Of a stretch of 64,000 nucleotides of DNA, positions 12,800 to 25,995 are shown piece by piece. Made by a program: the position numbers and the translations under genes. The notes below the pieces were generated by a model. The model was given only the letters and a program-made list of their open reading frames with translations, made no database searches and was not told the origin of the DNA. This stretch comes from Centroscyllium fabricii (taxonomy: Eukaryota), in NCBI GenBank assembly GCA_051313645.2, contig JBNRSN020000010.1, forward strand, positions 68,324,001-68,388,000, read 5' to 3'. The stretch's first letter is position 1. Each line of letters begins with the position of its first letter.

Positions 12800-15320
12800 T
12801 AGTGCACCTATGAAGTGCTCACCCAGTGGCTGCAGCATGGCTGAGTTTCCATGGGGGAGACGTCAGATGGCCTTGCAGGATGACCTCAAGCAGCACTGCC
12901 CCTAGGTGGCCCCGCTGTAGACTACACCACCTCAGCATGGGCGGCAGCAGCCTGGGCTGGCTGGATGAAAGGCAGTGACAAGGGCAATGGCGGAGTGGCA
13001 GTGGTGGGAGCAGTAATGCTGTCATCCTGAGAGATGACAGCAGGTTCCTGCTCCAGTGACCCACTGCCACTCCCCCGGGGCAATGCCTCAGCTCCCTAGG
13101 AGTCTGTTGGAGCACAGATTGCTGGCCTGCTGTGATATCATGAAAGCCCCAATCAACAGTGGTAAACACAGCCTCGGTGGCAGCAGTCTGAGCTTGGGTG
13201 GCACTAAGCAGAGACTGCATGACAGCGGTCTATGTTTCCACCGCAGCACTGAGCTATTGGGTCACTTCTGCCTGTGCTGCATTGGCAGCTGCGACATCGC
13301 CTATCACACGCACCATCACCTCTGGGTTGACACGGTCTCTTCAGGGGTCTTCTATCATTTCCAGCCCGGAAATGCTGAGCTCCAAGCTCTGCACAGAGCT
13401 CCATGCAATGTTGGAGGTGGACCACTGCATGCTCCTTGATATTGCCAAGAGTCTCTCTGGCAGGCTTGACATTGCACCCCTAGCTATTCGGTATGCATGC
13501 CCATCACCCTTCTTCTGGAGGCCGCCCCATCGAGGTCCTCATCTGAGTTCTGCGCAGCAGAACTCGCGAGCGAACTCGCCCTCTGTGGAGCTGGCCCCTG
13601 AGCTACCCTTTCCCCCTGGCCTTGCTGCAGCCCACTCATACCCAGTACATCACCGTGTGCAGATCCTGCTACTACACTAGCCTCTAAAGTACACGCATTA
13701 CAGGTTGTGCACCGTTAATCCGTTACCCGATAAGCCGGCAGCTTCAGTCTTCCGGAACAAATTGCCCCGACTGTCCTGCGCATGCGCAAAATGGCCACAC
13801 CGATCAATGCTTCGGTGAATGATCTGTGCATGTGCCGCTGAACGGTCATTCAAAACGGCTGCCGGAAGAGAAGTGGTGCCTGTGCTCCCAGAATGTGGCA
13901 GGTGAAGAAGCTGGCGCTGAGCGGCCGGCGGTGTGGACACGTAGCGGCTTCCTTGTAAAAGCTGGTCTGAAGCCGGTGGGAGAATAATGCGAGTGTGAAA
14001 TATTTCCCGCGCCGACAATTTGGATGAAAAGGCCTGCTCCCTCTATGTGCGCGAGGAGTGAGAATCTCCGCGGCTGCAGCTATCACATCCATAAACATTC
14101 CCCCACAAGCTTTAAAATCTATCTCCCCTCCGCGCTTCTCTAGTTTTGAAAAAAGGTCATCGACCTGAAACGTCAACTCTGCTCCTCTCTCCACTGATGC
14201 TGCCTGGCCTGCTGAGTTTCTCCAGCGTTTTTCTATTGTTATTTAACATTTCTTTAGGACTCTTCAAAACTTCGTGGCGGCCATTTCCAATGTTATGCGC
14301 ATGCACGCGGCCATTTTGAATTGTGCGTGCTGGTCGGCTTCATTCTCCCATTTTTTTCGGTATACCGGCGCAGGCCTAGTCCTGCCCATGCCGAATTAAT
14401 GGTGCACAACCTGTACCAGTTTCTGAGCTGGTGTCTGCGAGTGACAGATGCAGTGATGGTGTGCCTTCCTCTTCTCCCATCTCGCTCTCGTGCATCACCT
14501 TGAGGATGCTTCTTGTTGATTATCTAAAAGCAGAAAGGCACAAAAGTCAGGTTATGTTGAGGGGAGGGGGCGGGAGCAAGATAACCTTGCATACAGCACC
14601 AGTAACTTGAAAGTGAGACGAGAATGTGGGATGAGGGGGAAGTGGGATGTGAGAAGAAGTATTAGGAATGACCATACCCTTGTCCCCAAGGGCTTCAACC
14701 TCGCAGGTTGCCACGGCCTCGATGATCTGCCACCCAATTATGTCCAGAACTCTCTCCCCCAGCTGGCTGAGGTTGTGGCTGTCTGCCTGCCACCACCTGT
14801 CTGCCGCTGCTCCCTCCAGTTATGTGTGACTTTGGCCTGCAAGAGAAAGAGAAGTATGTGAGTGAGTGTGATGCAATGTGTTCTAGTGATGTGCCTGCCA
14901 TAGTTGAATAGCTGTCAGTGTGTACAAGGCGTGAGTGTTGCAGCAGTGGTAAGGTTGTGAGAGTGAAGTGAAGTTCTAATTGTGAGGGCTGAGTGGTGAT
15001 AAGTAGAGATTGTTGGTCGGTGAGTGATGGGTGCATTGAGCAGTGTATGAGGCTTGTGGCACAGATGGTGGGATATGGTATTTGCTGAAGCCTTCACTCA
15101 CTTTGACCACTCGCGTGAGGTCATTAAACTTCTTCCGACACTGGATGGCCAACCTTGGCACCACAGTGCTGGCCGTCACATGGGCGGCTATCTCCTTCCA
15201 CCACCTGCGGGAGGTGTGTGGTGAGGGCTTGCTTCTAGTGTGTGGGAACAGGACAGCTCACCTCCTCTCCATGGCCACATCAGAAAATCTCCAGGCTCCC
15301 TCCCTTTGAGGACACTCAAC
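12800..15320 (-). pseudogene. PIF/Harbinger Myb/SANT-like second gene remnant (intron-containing), convergent with the transposase
   Basis: QCRKKFNDLTRVVK followed by a GTGAGT donor at ~15100, and a decayed GGG-linker exon near 14770-14840. The orientation is typical of Harbinger. Boundaries are approximate. Confidence 0.6.
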
Positions 15321-16945
15321 CATGGCTTTGCAATTCCTTATTCCTTTTCTTCTTCTGGCAGCTACAGTTCCAACTGGCTTGACAATAAGGTGCTGTAGCC
15401 TCAATGCACCTCCCCTTTAAGTTCTGAATAAAGCTTGTGCCACTCATGACTGGGGATTAGACTGGCGTCGATATTGGTCCACCAAAAAGCAGCAGCTTTA
15501 GCACTGAAATCAAGACTATAGTCATGTTAATAAGGACTGAGTATGAATTTTGCGTACTACCTGGACCATTTTGAGTTTGAGCAGCTTAACATCGTTAGGC
15601 CTTAACACTGCCCGTTTCATGGCTATATCCAACTTCTAAGCCACTTAAACATAAAAGATGAGAAAATGCCACTTGGCTAATCACGCTCATCCCTCTGGCA
15701 TCCCAGCCTAACACCCAATTACATTTTGAATCCTCCTGATAGCTTTGCCTCTATTACTTTATCTGGCAGATCATTCCAATTGTTTATCACCTTTGAGTAA
15801 AGTACTTCTTTTTCATACCTGTTTTAAATGTACTTTTGACTAAACCTACGTTGTTTGATCTGACTCGCTTCACTTACTTTGAAGTTATAAGTTTACCTTA
15901 ACTACATCATATAACATTTTATACAGCTCCAGGGAGGTTCTTGTTTAACCTTTTATTTGGAGTCTGGGGCCCTGAACTTCCTCTCTAGTTATGATGGTAA
16001 ATTGGCTCAATCTGTGCAGCAACTTATTAAAATTCTTTGGAAACCTTGGCTCAGCACCATCGTCTACATTGGTCTGGACTTTGTCTTCAGAACCACGGTG
16101 AGGTTATCAGCGCTCGCCATTATTATGGAGTAAAGCGGACAGCAACTTCACGCATCTGCACACGTGTAGTTAAAAACGGAAATCCAGACGTTGCTGTCCG
16201 ATTTTCCCTGCTCCACCACAAGCTTCGTTACATCGGTACCTTGCTGATACTCGGCATTCAAATCCATGTAAGGGTGTGAAAATTTACTTTTAAAAGCGTG
16301 GAGTCTCATTCGTTCAGAATTTAATTATTGTTAAACGATTAAAAAAAATATATATTAAATTTTTTGTAACTTTTTCTCCCTGTCTCTTTTCTCCCTGTCT
16401 CTTATGTCTCCCTCTCAATCACACCTTTCTTTCCCTCTTCCGATTACACTTTCTGTACATGACTTGACATTGAATTAACTATTCTAATTTATACACGATG
16501 GTTTAGACTCTGAGGCCCTGATCTCGACGGGGGCGGGCTGCGTAGGTGGGGGTGGGGGCGGAGTTTCGATCGGAAAACTGGAAGCTCGGGTTTCCCTGCA
16601 TGCTATGGAGTTTTGATTTCACAGTGTATGCACTTTCAAGGGCTTTCATTAAGACTAACACAGGAAGGGCTGAGATTTAAAGGGAAGAACTCACATTAAA
16701 TTGCCAACAGGGTGTTTGAAAATGTTCTCAAGGGCTTGATAAATGGAATTCAATTTAAAAGACAGGTTTTTAATGACTTGTGAGAGCAGGGTAGGAGTGT
16801 GAACTTGGGCATTGGATAGTATCAGCTCTGTCAAATAAACTTGGACTCAACACTGCCACTTAAGTGTGTGATCAGAGAAGAACCTGACAGAACTAAAGTT
16901 AATTTCTATAATTACAAGCAGAGCACAATTATATGTCTTGATACT

Positions 16946-17445
16946 GCATAGACTGACATAGACTGACATAGACTGACATAGAATGACATAGACTGACATA
17001 GACTGACATAGACTGACATAGAATGACATATGCAAGAAGTCACACAACACCAGATTTATAGTCCAACGGTTTTATTTTAAATCACAAGCTTTCGGAGCGC
17101 TGCTCCTTCCTCAGGTGGACAGACAGAAGAGACTGATTAAAAGATCACACATATCGGAGGAAGACTGACATAGACTGACATAGACTGACATAGACTGACA
17201 TAGAATGACATAGACTGACATAGACTGACATAGAATGACATAGACTGACATAGACTGACATAGACTGACATAGAATGACATAGACTGACATAGAATGACA
17301 TAGACTGACATAGACTGACATAGAATGACATAGACTGACATAGACTGACATAGAATGACATAGACTGACATAGACTGACATAGACTGACATAGACTGACA
17401 TAGAATGACATAGACTGACATAGACTGACATAGACTTACATAGAA
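16946..17445 (+). repeat. Decanucleotide satellite (CATAGACTGA/CATAGAATGA)n, an expanded CR1 tail, interrupted at 17031-17161
   Basis: Tandem array directly visible, abutting the CR1 3' end at 17446+. Confidence 0.95.
17083..17117 (-). ncRNA. Minimal type I hammerhead ribozyme in a Penelope-like terminal repeat fragment
   Basis: CAC CUGAGGA A GGAGC-AGC-GCUCC GAAA GCUU GUG: intact core boxes, 5-bp stem II, palindromic AGCU stem III and stem I CAC/GUG. Confidence 0.65.
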
Positions 17446-17845
17446 TTTCTGGCATAGAAACAGGCCATTCGGCCCAACTGGTCTGTGCCAGTATTTATGC
17501 TCCACATGAACCCCCTCCCACCGCTCTTCAGCTCACCCTATCAGCATATCCTTCTATTCCTTTCTCCCTCATGTACTTATCTAGCTTCCCCTTGAATGTG
17601 ACTGTGCTATTCGTCTCAACTACTCCCTGTGGTAGCAAGTTCAACATTCTCATCACTCTCTGAGTAAATAAGTTTCTCCTTAATTCCTGATTGGATTTAT
17701 TAGTGACTATCCTATATTTATGACCCCTGGATTTAGATTCCCACACAAGTGGAAACATCTTCTCTACATCTACTCCATCAAACTCCTTCATAATTTTAAA
17801 GATCTCTGTTAGGTCACCCTTTCACCATCTCTTTTCTAGAGAAAA
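17446..17845 (-). mobile_element. CR1 LINE 3' fragment
   Basis: Encodes MFPLVWESKSRGH...FTQRVMRMLNLLP, followed by a 3' UTR. Confidence 0.85.
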
Positions 17846-19974
17846 GTTCAACCTTATAGTTATAACCTCTTATTTTTGCTATTATACTTGCACATCTTTT
17901 GTACATACTCTCCGGTGCCTCTATATCCTTTACCAATCCAAATGGTCCTAATATCATTTTGATTAGGCTTGTGCCATCGACCGTTGAATCTTGGCATACT
18001 TGATTTATTTAAATTGTGGAAGTATAGCATTTCAATATGCAAACAACAGGATGAAGGTCCGGCAATTACAACCTGTATCATATTCATTTTCAAGTTCCAG
18101 AAGAGAGCGAAAGAAATCTATGACAAAGAATCTGTGCCTCAATCACCATAGCCCAGGTGTTGGCAGGTGCTGAAGGTTAACCATCAGACATAAAGGAGAA
18201 TATTGCATTGGCTTTTAGCAAGATTATGACCTAGAAATTGGTTTGCGCCAACAGAGTAAGCCAAGGCACACCCGATATTCGGCTTTGGGCCTCATTTAAA
18301 TGAGACCGGTCTGCTGTGCACCCATGCTAGGTGTCCTCATGCAGCTCGGCGCCAAATTGGCATTGGACTTTGGATCACTGCATTGCCTGGAGTGGACATT
18401 GGGTAGATCCTAGAAGCTGGAGGGGACAATCAGGAGGGAGGGGGAGCCAATCAGATGGGGGCTGAGCAGGTCCTGGCAAAGGTCTTTGACGTATCGTCAA
18501 TCAAATGCAAAAGACGAGTAGTTACCCAAACTATAGGCTTTTATTCACTTACAATGGAGCTAGTCTCCTGTCAAGTTCAAGGCGAGAGTGAGCGGGGGCA
18601 GGGCAGCCCTCACCTATATGCTCCAACCTGAGGGGAGGAGTTAGGAGTGTGGCTGACCTGACCTGGCATACAATGTCAAGGTGAGCACATCAATTAATAC
18701 ACTGGTAATACACAGTTACCACATTCACCCCTTCTTTAAAAACAAGTCCGGCGGGGTGAACGTGCCTTCTCATGAGAGGAAGAGAGAGGAGGAAAAAAAT
18801 AAATCAATATGTCCATTATACGCAATCAGCATTGCACTATTCGTCTCTCCGGCGGTCGCGTCTGCCTGGAGGACCGCCGGGGTGCCGGTAATGGTGGTGG
18901 TGCCAGTTGCAGGGCCGGGATCGAGCTCACCACCAACGATGCCGGCGGTGCGGTGTCCGATCCCAGGTCGTCGATCGGTGGTGTTGAGGGCCCCGGTGTG
19001 TGTATGTATGGGAGCCAGTATTCGGTGGGTGGTGGCTGGTCGGGCTGAGGATCAACCGGGGGTTCTGCCCTAGTGCTCCCGGCGGGCGCCAGGTCCCTGA
19101 TCGAGACTGTATCCTCGCGCCCGTCCGGGAATGTCACCGTGTCACATACGCATATTGTGGGTTGGCGTGGAGCAGGTGCACCCGTTCCACCAGGGGGTCG
19201 GTCTTGTGGCCGCGGACGTGTTTCCTAAGCAACACCGGCCCCTGCGCTGTGAGCCACAGTGGCAGTGCTGTCCCCGAAGTCGAATTACTGGGGAAGGAAA
19301 ATAACAGGTCATGAGGTGTTGAGTTAGTAGCGGTACACAACAGAGAGCGAATGGCATGGAGCGCGTCGGGGAGGACCTCATGCCAATGGGAAACTGGAAG
19401 GCCTATGGACTTCAGGCCCAGGTTGACCGCCTTCCAGATGGTCCCGTTCTCCCTTTCTACCTGGCCGTTGCCCCCGGGGGTTGTAACTGGTTGTTCTGTT
19501 TGAGGCAACCCCTTTCTGAAGCAGAAACTGACGCAGTTCGTCGCTCATGAACGACGACCCCCGGTCGCTATAGATGTAGCTGGGGAGACTGAAAATGGCG
19601 AACAGCGTGGTGAAGTGCTTGATCACCGTTGCGCTCGTCATGTCTGGGCAGGGGAAGGCAAAGGGGAAGCGTGAGAACTCGTCTATGACTGTGAGGAAAT
19701 ACGAGTTGCAGTCAGTGGAGGGGAGGGGGCCTTTGAAGTCCACGCTCAGGCGTTCAAAGGGGCGGGTGGCCTTGATGACGTGCGCCGTGTCTGGCCTGTA
19801 GAATTGGGGTTTGCACTCGGCGCAGACAGGGCACTCTTTGGTCATAGCCTTTATCTCCGTGATGGAGTAGGGGAGGCTACGTGATTTGACGAAGTGGGCG
19901 AGTCTGGTGACACCCGGGTGGCAGAGACGATCGTGGAGGGCCTTCAGCCGGTCAAGCTGGGTGCTGGCGCACGT

Positions 19975-22239
19975 TCACCTGGACAGAGCATCCGGGGGTT
20001 CGTTGAGTTTGCCTGGACGGTAAAGAATGTTGTACTCGTAAGTCGAGAGTTCGATCCGCCACCGCAGGATCTTATCATTCTTGATCTTACCCCGTTGTTT
20101 ATTATTAAACATAAACGCCACCGACCGTTGGTCGGTGAGCAGGGTAAAATGCTTACCAGCCAGGTAATGATGCCAGTAGCGCACTGCCTCCACGATGGCC
20201 TGGGCCTCCTTTTCCACCGCTGAGTGGTGAGTTTCGGGTCCCTGTAGGGTCCGGGAGAAAAATGCTACGGGCCTGCCTGCCTGGTTCAGGGTGGCGGCAA
20301 GGGCGAAATCCGAAGCGTCACTCTCCACCTGGAAAGGGATGGACTCATCAACAGCGTGCATGGTCGCCTTGATGATGTCTTCCTTAATCCAAGCGAATGC
20401 CGTTTGGGCTTCTTCCGAGAGGGGGAAGATGTCGGCCTTATCCGTGTACTGGGGGACACATTGCGCGTAATAAGAAAAGAACCCTAGACATCTCCTCAGG
20501 GCTTTGGTGTTGTGAGGTAAGGGCAGCTCTTGCAAGGGGCGCATACGCTGTGGGTCGGGGCCGAGGACCCCGTTTTCCACCACGTATCCGAGGATAGCGA
20601 GCCGATCTGTACTAAAGACACACTTGTCTTTATTGTACGTGAGGTCCAGCCGTTTCGCCGTGTGCAGGAATTTGGCGAGGTTGGCATCGTGGTCCTGCTG
20701 GTCATGGCTGCAGATGGTCACGTTGTCCAAGTAGGGGAAGGTGGCCTGCAACCCGTTCTGGTCAACCATGCGGTCCATCTCCCTCTGGAACACTGACACC
20801 CCGTTGGTCACACCGAAGGGGACCTGGAGGAAGTGGTAGAGCCGGCCGTTCGCCTCGAAGGCGGTGTACTGGCGGTCGGCTTTCCGGATGGGGAGTTGGT
20901 GATACGCCGACTTGAGGTCGATTGTGGAAACGACCTTGTACTGGGTGATCTGGTTTACCATATCCGAGATGCGGGGGAGGGGGGAGGCGTCGAGCCCGGT
21001 GTAGCGGTTAATCGTCTGGCTATAGTCGATGACCATGCGCAGTTTCTCGCCCGTCTTAACCACTACGACCTGGGCCCGCCAGGGGCTGGTGCTGGCCTCA
21101 ATGATCCCTTCTTTCAGCATGCGCTTGACCTCCGACCTGATAAACGCCCGGTCCCCTGCACTGTAACACCGACTTTTGGTAGCAATGGGCTTGCATTTGG
21201 GGTCGAGATTGGTGAACAGTGAGGGGGAGTCGACTTTTAATGTGGACAGGCCGCAAGTCGAGCTCCGCTTTAAGTTGGGATTGTCCCGCCTACTGACGGT
21301 GAGGGGGGCCAGGGTTCCACCAAAATCCATCATCACGCTCTTCAGATGGCACTGGAAATCGAGTCCCAGTAAGACTGGGGCGCACAGCTGCTGGAGTACG
21401 TACAACTTAAAGTTGTGGTAAATGCAGTCCCTGATCGTGAGCGTGACGCTGCAGTAGCCGGTAAAGTCCGCCGTGTGGGACTTTGAGGCAAGGGAGACTT
21501 GGTAGTGTGTGGGCTGGGTCTGCAGTGCGTAGCGCCGCACTGTGTCGGGATGAATAAAGCTCTCTGCGCTACCGGTGTCGAACAGGCAGTTAGTGACGTG
21601 CCCGTCCACCTTAATCCCCATCATGAAGTTGGACAAGGTGTGCGGCCTAGCCTGATCGACGGTGGCTGAGGCCGAAGTGTATGTGTGTGAGTGGGGGCCC
21701 TCCGCTAGCTGGTGACCCGGCCGGGGCAGTTTGCAAGACGGCCGCTCAGAAGATGGCGGCGCTGGCGATGCGCCTGTGTCCGGCTGCTGTGGACAAGATG
21801 GCGGCGCCCGTGGTTCGCTCGCAGGTGACCGCTGTGGATAAGATGGCGGCACCCATGGTTCGCACACGGCCGACCGCAGTGGACAAGATGGCGGTGCCAG
21901 GGGTTCGCATATGGCCGGCCGCTGTCGATAAGATGGCGGCGCCGGGGGGTCGCATATGGCCGGTCGCAGTCGGGTTTGGAGTGGCTGCGCCTGTGCCGTG
22001 CGCACGGCAGGCCTCCGCCGTATAGTTAAAGGGGATTGAGGCGCCTGCGATTTACCCCTGGCTGACCGCTGCTGGGTCGCGCAGCAACACCGTACCTGGA
22101 GCCATGGAGTGGCATCACTGTTCTCACAGGTCGCACTGTTGGGTCTGGAGGTGGAGGCTGGGATGGACTTGCACACCTTCGCGTAGTGCCCCTTATTCGC
22201 GCACCGCTCGCAGGTCGCATTCCTCGCAGGGCACTGCAC
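19975..22239 (-). CDS. Gag C-terminus, protease, RT and RNase H of family A (largest open segment)
   Basis: CERCANKGHYAKVC knuckle, LFDTGS, IDLKSAYHQL, PFGVTNG, YLDN and ESDASD. Confidence 0.85.
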   Translation of the reverse strand: MQCPARNATCERCANKGHYAKVCKSIPASTSRPNSATCENSDATPWLQVRCCCATQQRSARGKSQAPQSPLTIRRRPAVRTAQAQPLQTRLRPAICDPPAPPSYRQRPAICEPLAPPSCPLRSAVCEPWVPPSYPQRSPASEPRAPPSCPQQPDTGASPAPPSSERPSCKLPRPGHQLAEGPHSHTYTSASATVDQARPHTLSNFMMGIKVDGHVTNCLFDTGSAESFIHPDTVRRYALQTQPTHYQVSLASKSHTADFTGYCSVTLTIRDCIYHNFKLYVLQQLCAPVLLGLDFQCHLKSVMMDFGGTLAPLTVSRRDNPNLKRSSTCGLSTLKVDSPSLFTNLDPKCKPIATKSRCYSAGDRAFIRSEVKRMLKEGIIEASTSPWRAQVVVVKTGEKLRMVIDYSQTINRYTGLDASPLPRISDMVNQITQYKVVSTIDLKSAYHQLPIRKADRQYTAFEANGRLYHFLQVPFGVTNGVSVFQREMDRMVDQNGLQATFPYLDNVTICSHDQQDHDANLAKFLHTAKRLDLTYNKDKCVFSTDRLAILGYVVENGVLGPDPQRMRPLQELPLPHNTKALRRCLGFFSYYAQCVPQYTDKADIFPLSEEAQTAFAWIKEDIIKATMHAVDESIPFQVESDASDFALAATLNQAGRPVAFFSRTLQGPETHHSAVEKEAQAIVEAVRYWHHYLAGKHFTLLTDQRSVAFMFNNKQRGKIKNDKILRWRIELSTYEYNILYRPGKLNEPPDALSR
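21745..21965. repeat. 45-bp coding tandem repeat (5 units), each containing AAGATGGCGG (YY1-type motif)
   Basis: AAGATGGCGG recurs at 21750, 21795, 21840, 21885 and 21930. Confidence 0.85.
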
Positions 22240-24885
22240 CCGCGGGTGCTTCCCTTGGGCTCAGAAGTAGCATCTGTGTCCCGCCGGTGTCTTCGCAGCC
22301 GCCGCTGCCATCGTGGGGGTCTCGGCCAGTCGCTGTGTCACCCAGGGTTCAGGGATATCGTGTGGGCCGTGGTCTCCGTACGCCTCCAGCTTTCGGAGCG
22401 CTCCGTCCACCGCATTAGAAAGAGTTATTGCGGACTTGAACGACAGTGTGTCCTGCTCCAGCAGCCGCTGGCGGGCCTGGCTGGACCTGAGTCCAGCTAC
22501 ATAGGCATCCCGGATTAGGAGGTTCACTTCAGGCCCGTGCGAGGGCTTGAAGCGCTAGTAGGAACTGTTCGTTAGACTCACCGAGTCATTGTCTTCTGGT
22601 CGCCAGAACATGCCTGGCATAGACCGAGTGAGCCGGGCGCATGTAGCAGTCCTTTAGTTTCTGAACCGCTTCCCCGTACATCTTGAGGCCGCGGATAAAG
22701 GAATATATCCGGCCGCTGATCCGTGATGAGAGTACCTGGAGTTTGTCCTCATCACGCGTAGCCTTTACGGCCTTCATGTAGGCCTCGACCAGGCCGAACC
22801 AATGTTCGAAGTTGTTAGCAGCATCGGGTGCCTGAGTATTGATGTCGAGGCGATCCGGTTTCACTGCGTTACTCTCCATGTTTTAAAATTAAGTGAATAA
22901 AATTGACGTATCGTCAATCAAATGCAAAAGACGAGTAGTTACCCAAACTATAGGCTTTTATTCACTTACAATGGAGCTAGTCTCCTGTCGAGTTCAAGGC
23001 GAGAGTGAGCGGGGGCAGGGCAGCCCTCACCTATATGCTCCAACCTGAGGGGAGGAGTTAGGGGTGTGGCTGACCTGACCTAGCATACAATGTCAAGGTG
23101 AACACATCAATATATACACTGGTAATACACGGTTACCACAGTCTTCAGCACTGCAGTGGAGCTGGGAGGTGGGCTCCTGCTTCTCCTGGCTCTATATTCC
23201 GGTAAGATTTTTTTTTTAAAAGGCACTTTTATCGTGCCCGTCTCCAGCAGTCTTTTTAAAAACCACGGATTAGGCCGCATGTAGACCATGTTTTCCTGAA
23301 CACAGCTGGCCAATTTTGCAAAAGGGACCTCAAACAGGTTTATTTGTATATGCAAAGGGCCTAATGCTTGTTTCAGATGTGGGGCCTGGACGTCTCTTTT
23401 TCTACCTTTACCAATGTGCACTTGCTGCCTGCCAGTTTGGATGCTTTACAGCCCATTTTACAGCATTTTATGCGTGTAAGTATCAAAGATATGGCAATTT
23501 GAAGTGGGTGCTCTTTGGTTTATGGAAATCATACCTAATTGCAGTATGCCATGATTCACGACTACAGGATATTTATATACAACTTCAAAACGTTAAAGCA
23601 GATTTTCTATAAGACCATTTAATGATCTAAATCATAGCAACACATTTTACTTTTAGATCTGCTGAAACATTAAAATGCGCATTTCAGAACATTAATCAAA
23701 AAGTAGCATTGTAAGAAACATCCAATGGTGAATAAAGGCAGATAATCGTTTCTATAAGACATTGTTGAATGTTGTCTGTGGTATATATACACACTGAACC
23801 TGTGTGAATACACTTCATAACATCTGCTAGTACTCTGCAGTATATTTATTTTTTGTAACGATTAGAATTATGAGAACATCATACTGTAATAAAAGCAGTT
23901 TTATGAATCTTAAGGGATGCAAATTTGAAATATTGCATCACCTGTTTATCCACAGTTTAACTAAAAATGCTGGCACGTGTCTCTTAGCAGTGTCATTTTG
24001 GGAAAAAATAAACTTTTAGTGCCATTCCAATTTATTGCTTTAAAAGAAATATCCAATTTCTCTCTTCAGTTTCCCACAGGAGCCAAGTTCCAGGAGGAAG
24101 ATTGCTTCAGCACGCCGGGGTAATGCCAGAATGACTAGGCGCCCACCTGTGGCGTTGCTCCGGGGAAGTTGGGAGTAATTGCAGTTTTCGGGCCAAGCAG
24201 GGTGAGAGGACACAGAGAGATGATTGGAGCCAGGTGGGGGTTAAAGGGAGGGGTTGGATGGGAGGGGAATGGGGGAAAATAGACAGGGGATAGGGAGAGG
24301 CAGGCTGGGGAAGGGGGATGAAAGTGGAATAGGAGAGGGGGCAGTGGGAGCAGGAGCAAGTGGAGGAGAAGGGTAATGAGGGAAGGGATGAGGCAGGTGG
24401 AGGAAAGCTGGAAAAAACAAAGGGTTGGGGGAGGGGCAGTTATTACCCTTCCCTCACCCAAGCCTGGATCTTCTTGTCTATGTGGGTGAAGGTGGGGGGG
24501 CGGGTGATGATAGGCGCCTTCCATTCTCCTTGTCCTGCATTTATGCTGAGTGGGGTGTGACTGAATTATCTTCTAACGAGGGGAGAGGTCACTTGACATT
24601 CCTCTCTAGTCAAGAATTCTTTCTCATTTGGGAGAAGGGTGAGTGTACTCCCCGTAATCACAGGTCGGACTCAGCAGTGAGGGAAGGCGCATAAGGGAGG
24701 GAGGTGGACATTCTCACCTGAGCCATGGGCACGGCTTTGTGCTTGCTGGGGGGCGGGGAGGAAGGTATTCACATTTGAGGCCATAATTTGTGCTCAGTGA
24801 GGGTGTGTATGTGTGGGAAGGCTTCACTGTAGTCCCAGCAGGACTTTGTGCTGAGAGGAGGAAAGCATGAGTGAGTTCAGTGATG

Positions 24886-25265
24886 ACCTGGTGGCGCAGT
24901 GGTTAGCACTGCTGCCTCGCAACAAGGAGCTCCTGGGTTCAAATCCTGCTTGACCCGGGACCTCTCTGCGTGGAGTTTGCATGTTCTCCCCGTGTTCGTG
25001 TGAGTTTCCTCCGGGTACTCTGGTTTCCTCCCACCACCCAAAGACATGCAGGTTAGGTGAATTGGAAATACTAAAAAAAATTGCCCATGAGTATGTGTGT
25101 GAGATATAGTTCTTAGAGTTGGGGGTGTCGGGGGATGTGGGGAGAGGGTAGGAGGGGTGCGCTGGGTTTGGATGATCAGCCATGATCTCATCCAATGGCG
25201 GAGCAGGCTCGAAGGGCCGACTGGCCTACTCCTGCTCCTATCTTCTGTGTTTCTGTGTTTCTGTA
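24886..25265 (+). mobile_element. V-SINE (HE1-related subfamily)
   Basis: GGTGGCGCAGTGGTTAGC head, GGTTCAAATCC B box, V domain and CR1-like tail. Confidence 0.85.
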
Positions 25266-25674
25266 TTACTGGTTGGGCTTTGAGCTCGGCAGGGAGTGGG
25301 AGTGGGGTGGGAGGGAAGGGTGGTGAGAGGGGCTGGTGAGGAAGGTTCTTTGACAGTGATGCTGGCCTACTTCCTCCTCTTTGAATGGTTGCTTGGACTG
25401 GCTCCTGTTTACTAAGTGAAGGGGGCCACAGTCTACGATCCATGCATCAGGGAACTTAAATTATTGCAGGAGACTGCTTCACTAGATATACACTTTGCTT
25501 CAATATTAGGATATTTTGATCAGAAAGAATAACACTACGTCAACTTTAACAATGTTAAGACAGCAGTCAAGTTCTACGGTCATTGAAGCACATTGTATTT
25601 CAGGAAACAATCTCATGAGTTCTTGTTCAGGCAAGTTACTTCTGTTACACTTAAGAGGAGCAACAGAACGCTTA

Positions 25675-25995
25675 TCATAGAATCATAGAATCATAGAATC
25701 CCTACAGTGCAGATAGAGGCCATTTCGGCCCATCGAGCCTGCACCGACACATATCCCACCCTATCCCTGTAACCCCACATATTCAATCCCCCTAACACTG
25801 AATGTCAATTTATCATGGCCAATCAACCTAACCCGCACATCTTTGGACTGTGGGAGGAAACCGGAGCACCCGGAGGAAACCCACGCAGACACGGGGAGAA
25901 TGTGCAAACTCCACACAGATAGTCACCCGAGGCCGGATTTGAACCCGGGCCCCTGGCACTGTGAGGCAACAGTGCTAACCACTATGCCACCGTGC
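25675..25995 (-). mobile_element. V-SINE with (ATCATAGA)n tail
   Basis: Same head and V domain as the other copies, with a different LINE-derived tail. Confidence 0.85.

Larger units (their letters stand above)
18487..23140 (-). mobile_element. Full-length Ty3/Gypsy LTR retrotransposon (family A) with frameshifted gag-pol
   Basis: 237-bp LTRs at 18487-18723 and 22904-23140, 5-bp TSD GTCTT and PPT AAAGAAGGGGTGAA. gag starts at 22879; protease FDTGS, RT, RNase H and integrase motifs follow. Confidence 0.95.

Noticed and set aside
17111-17505. ORFs with (SMSVYVSLCQ)n repeats
   Set aside because: Translations of the decanucleotide satellite, not genes.
24135-24694. Pro/Leu-rich ORFs
   Set aside because: Purine-rich low-complexity DNA.
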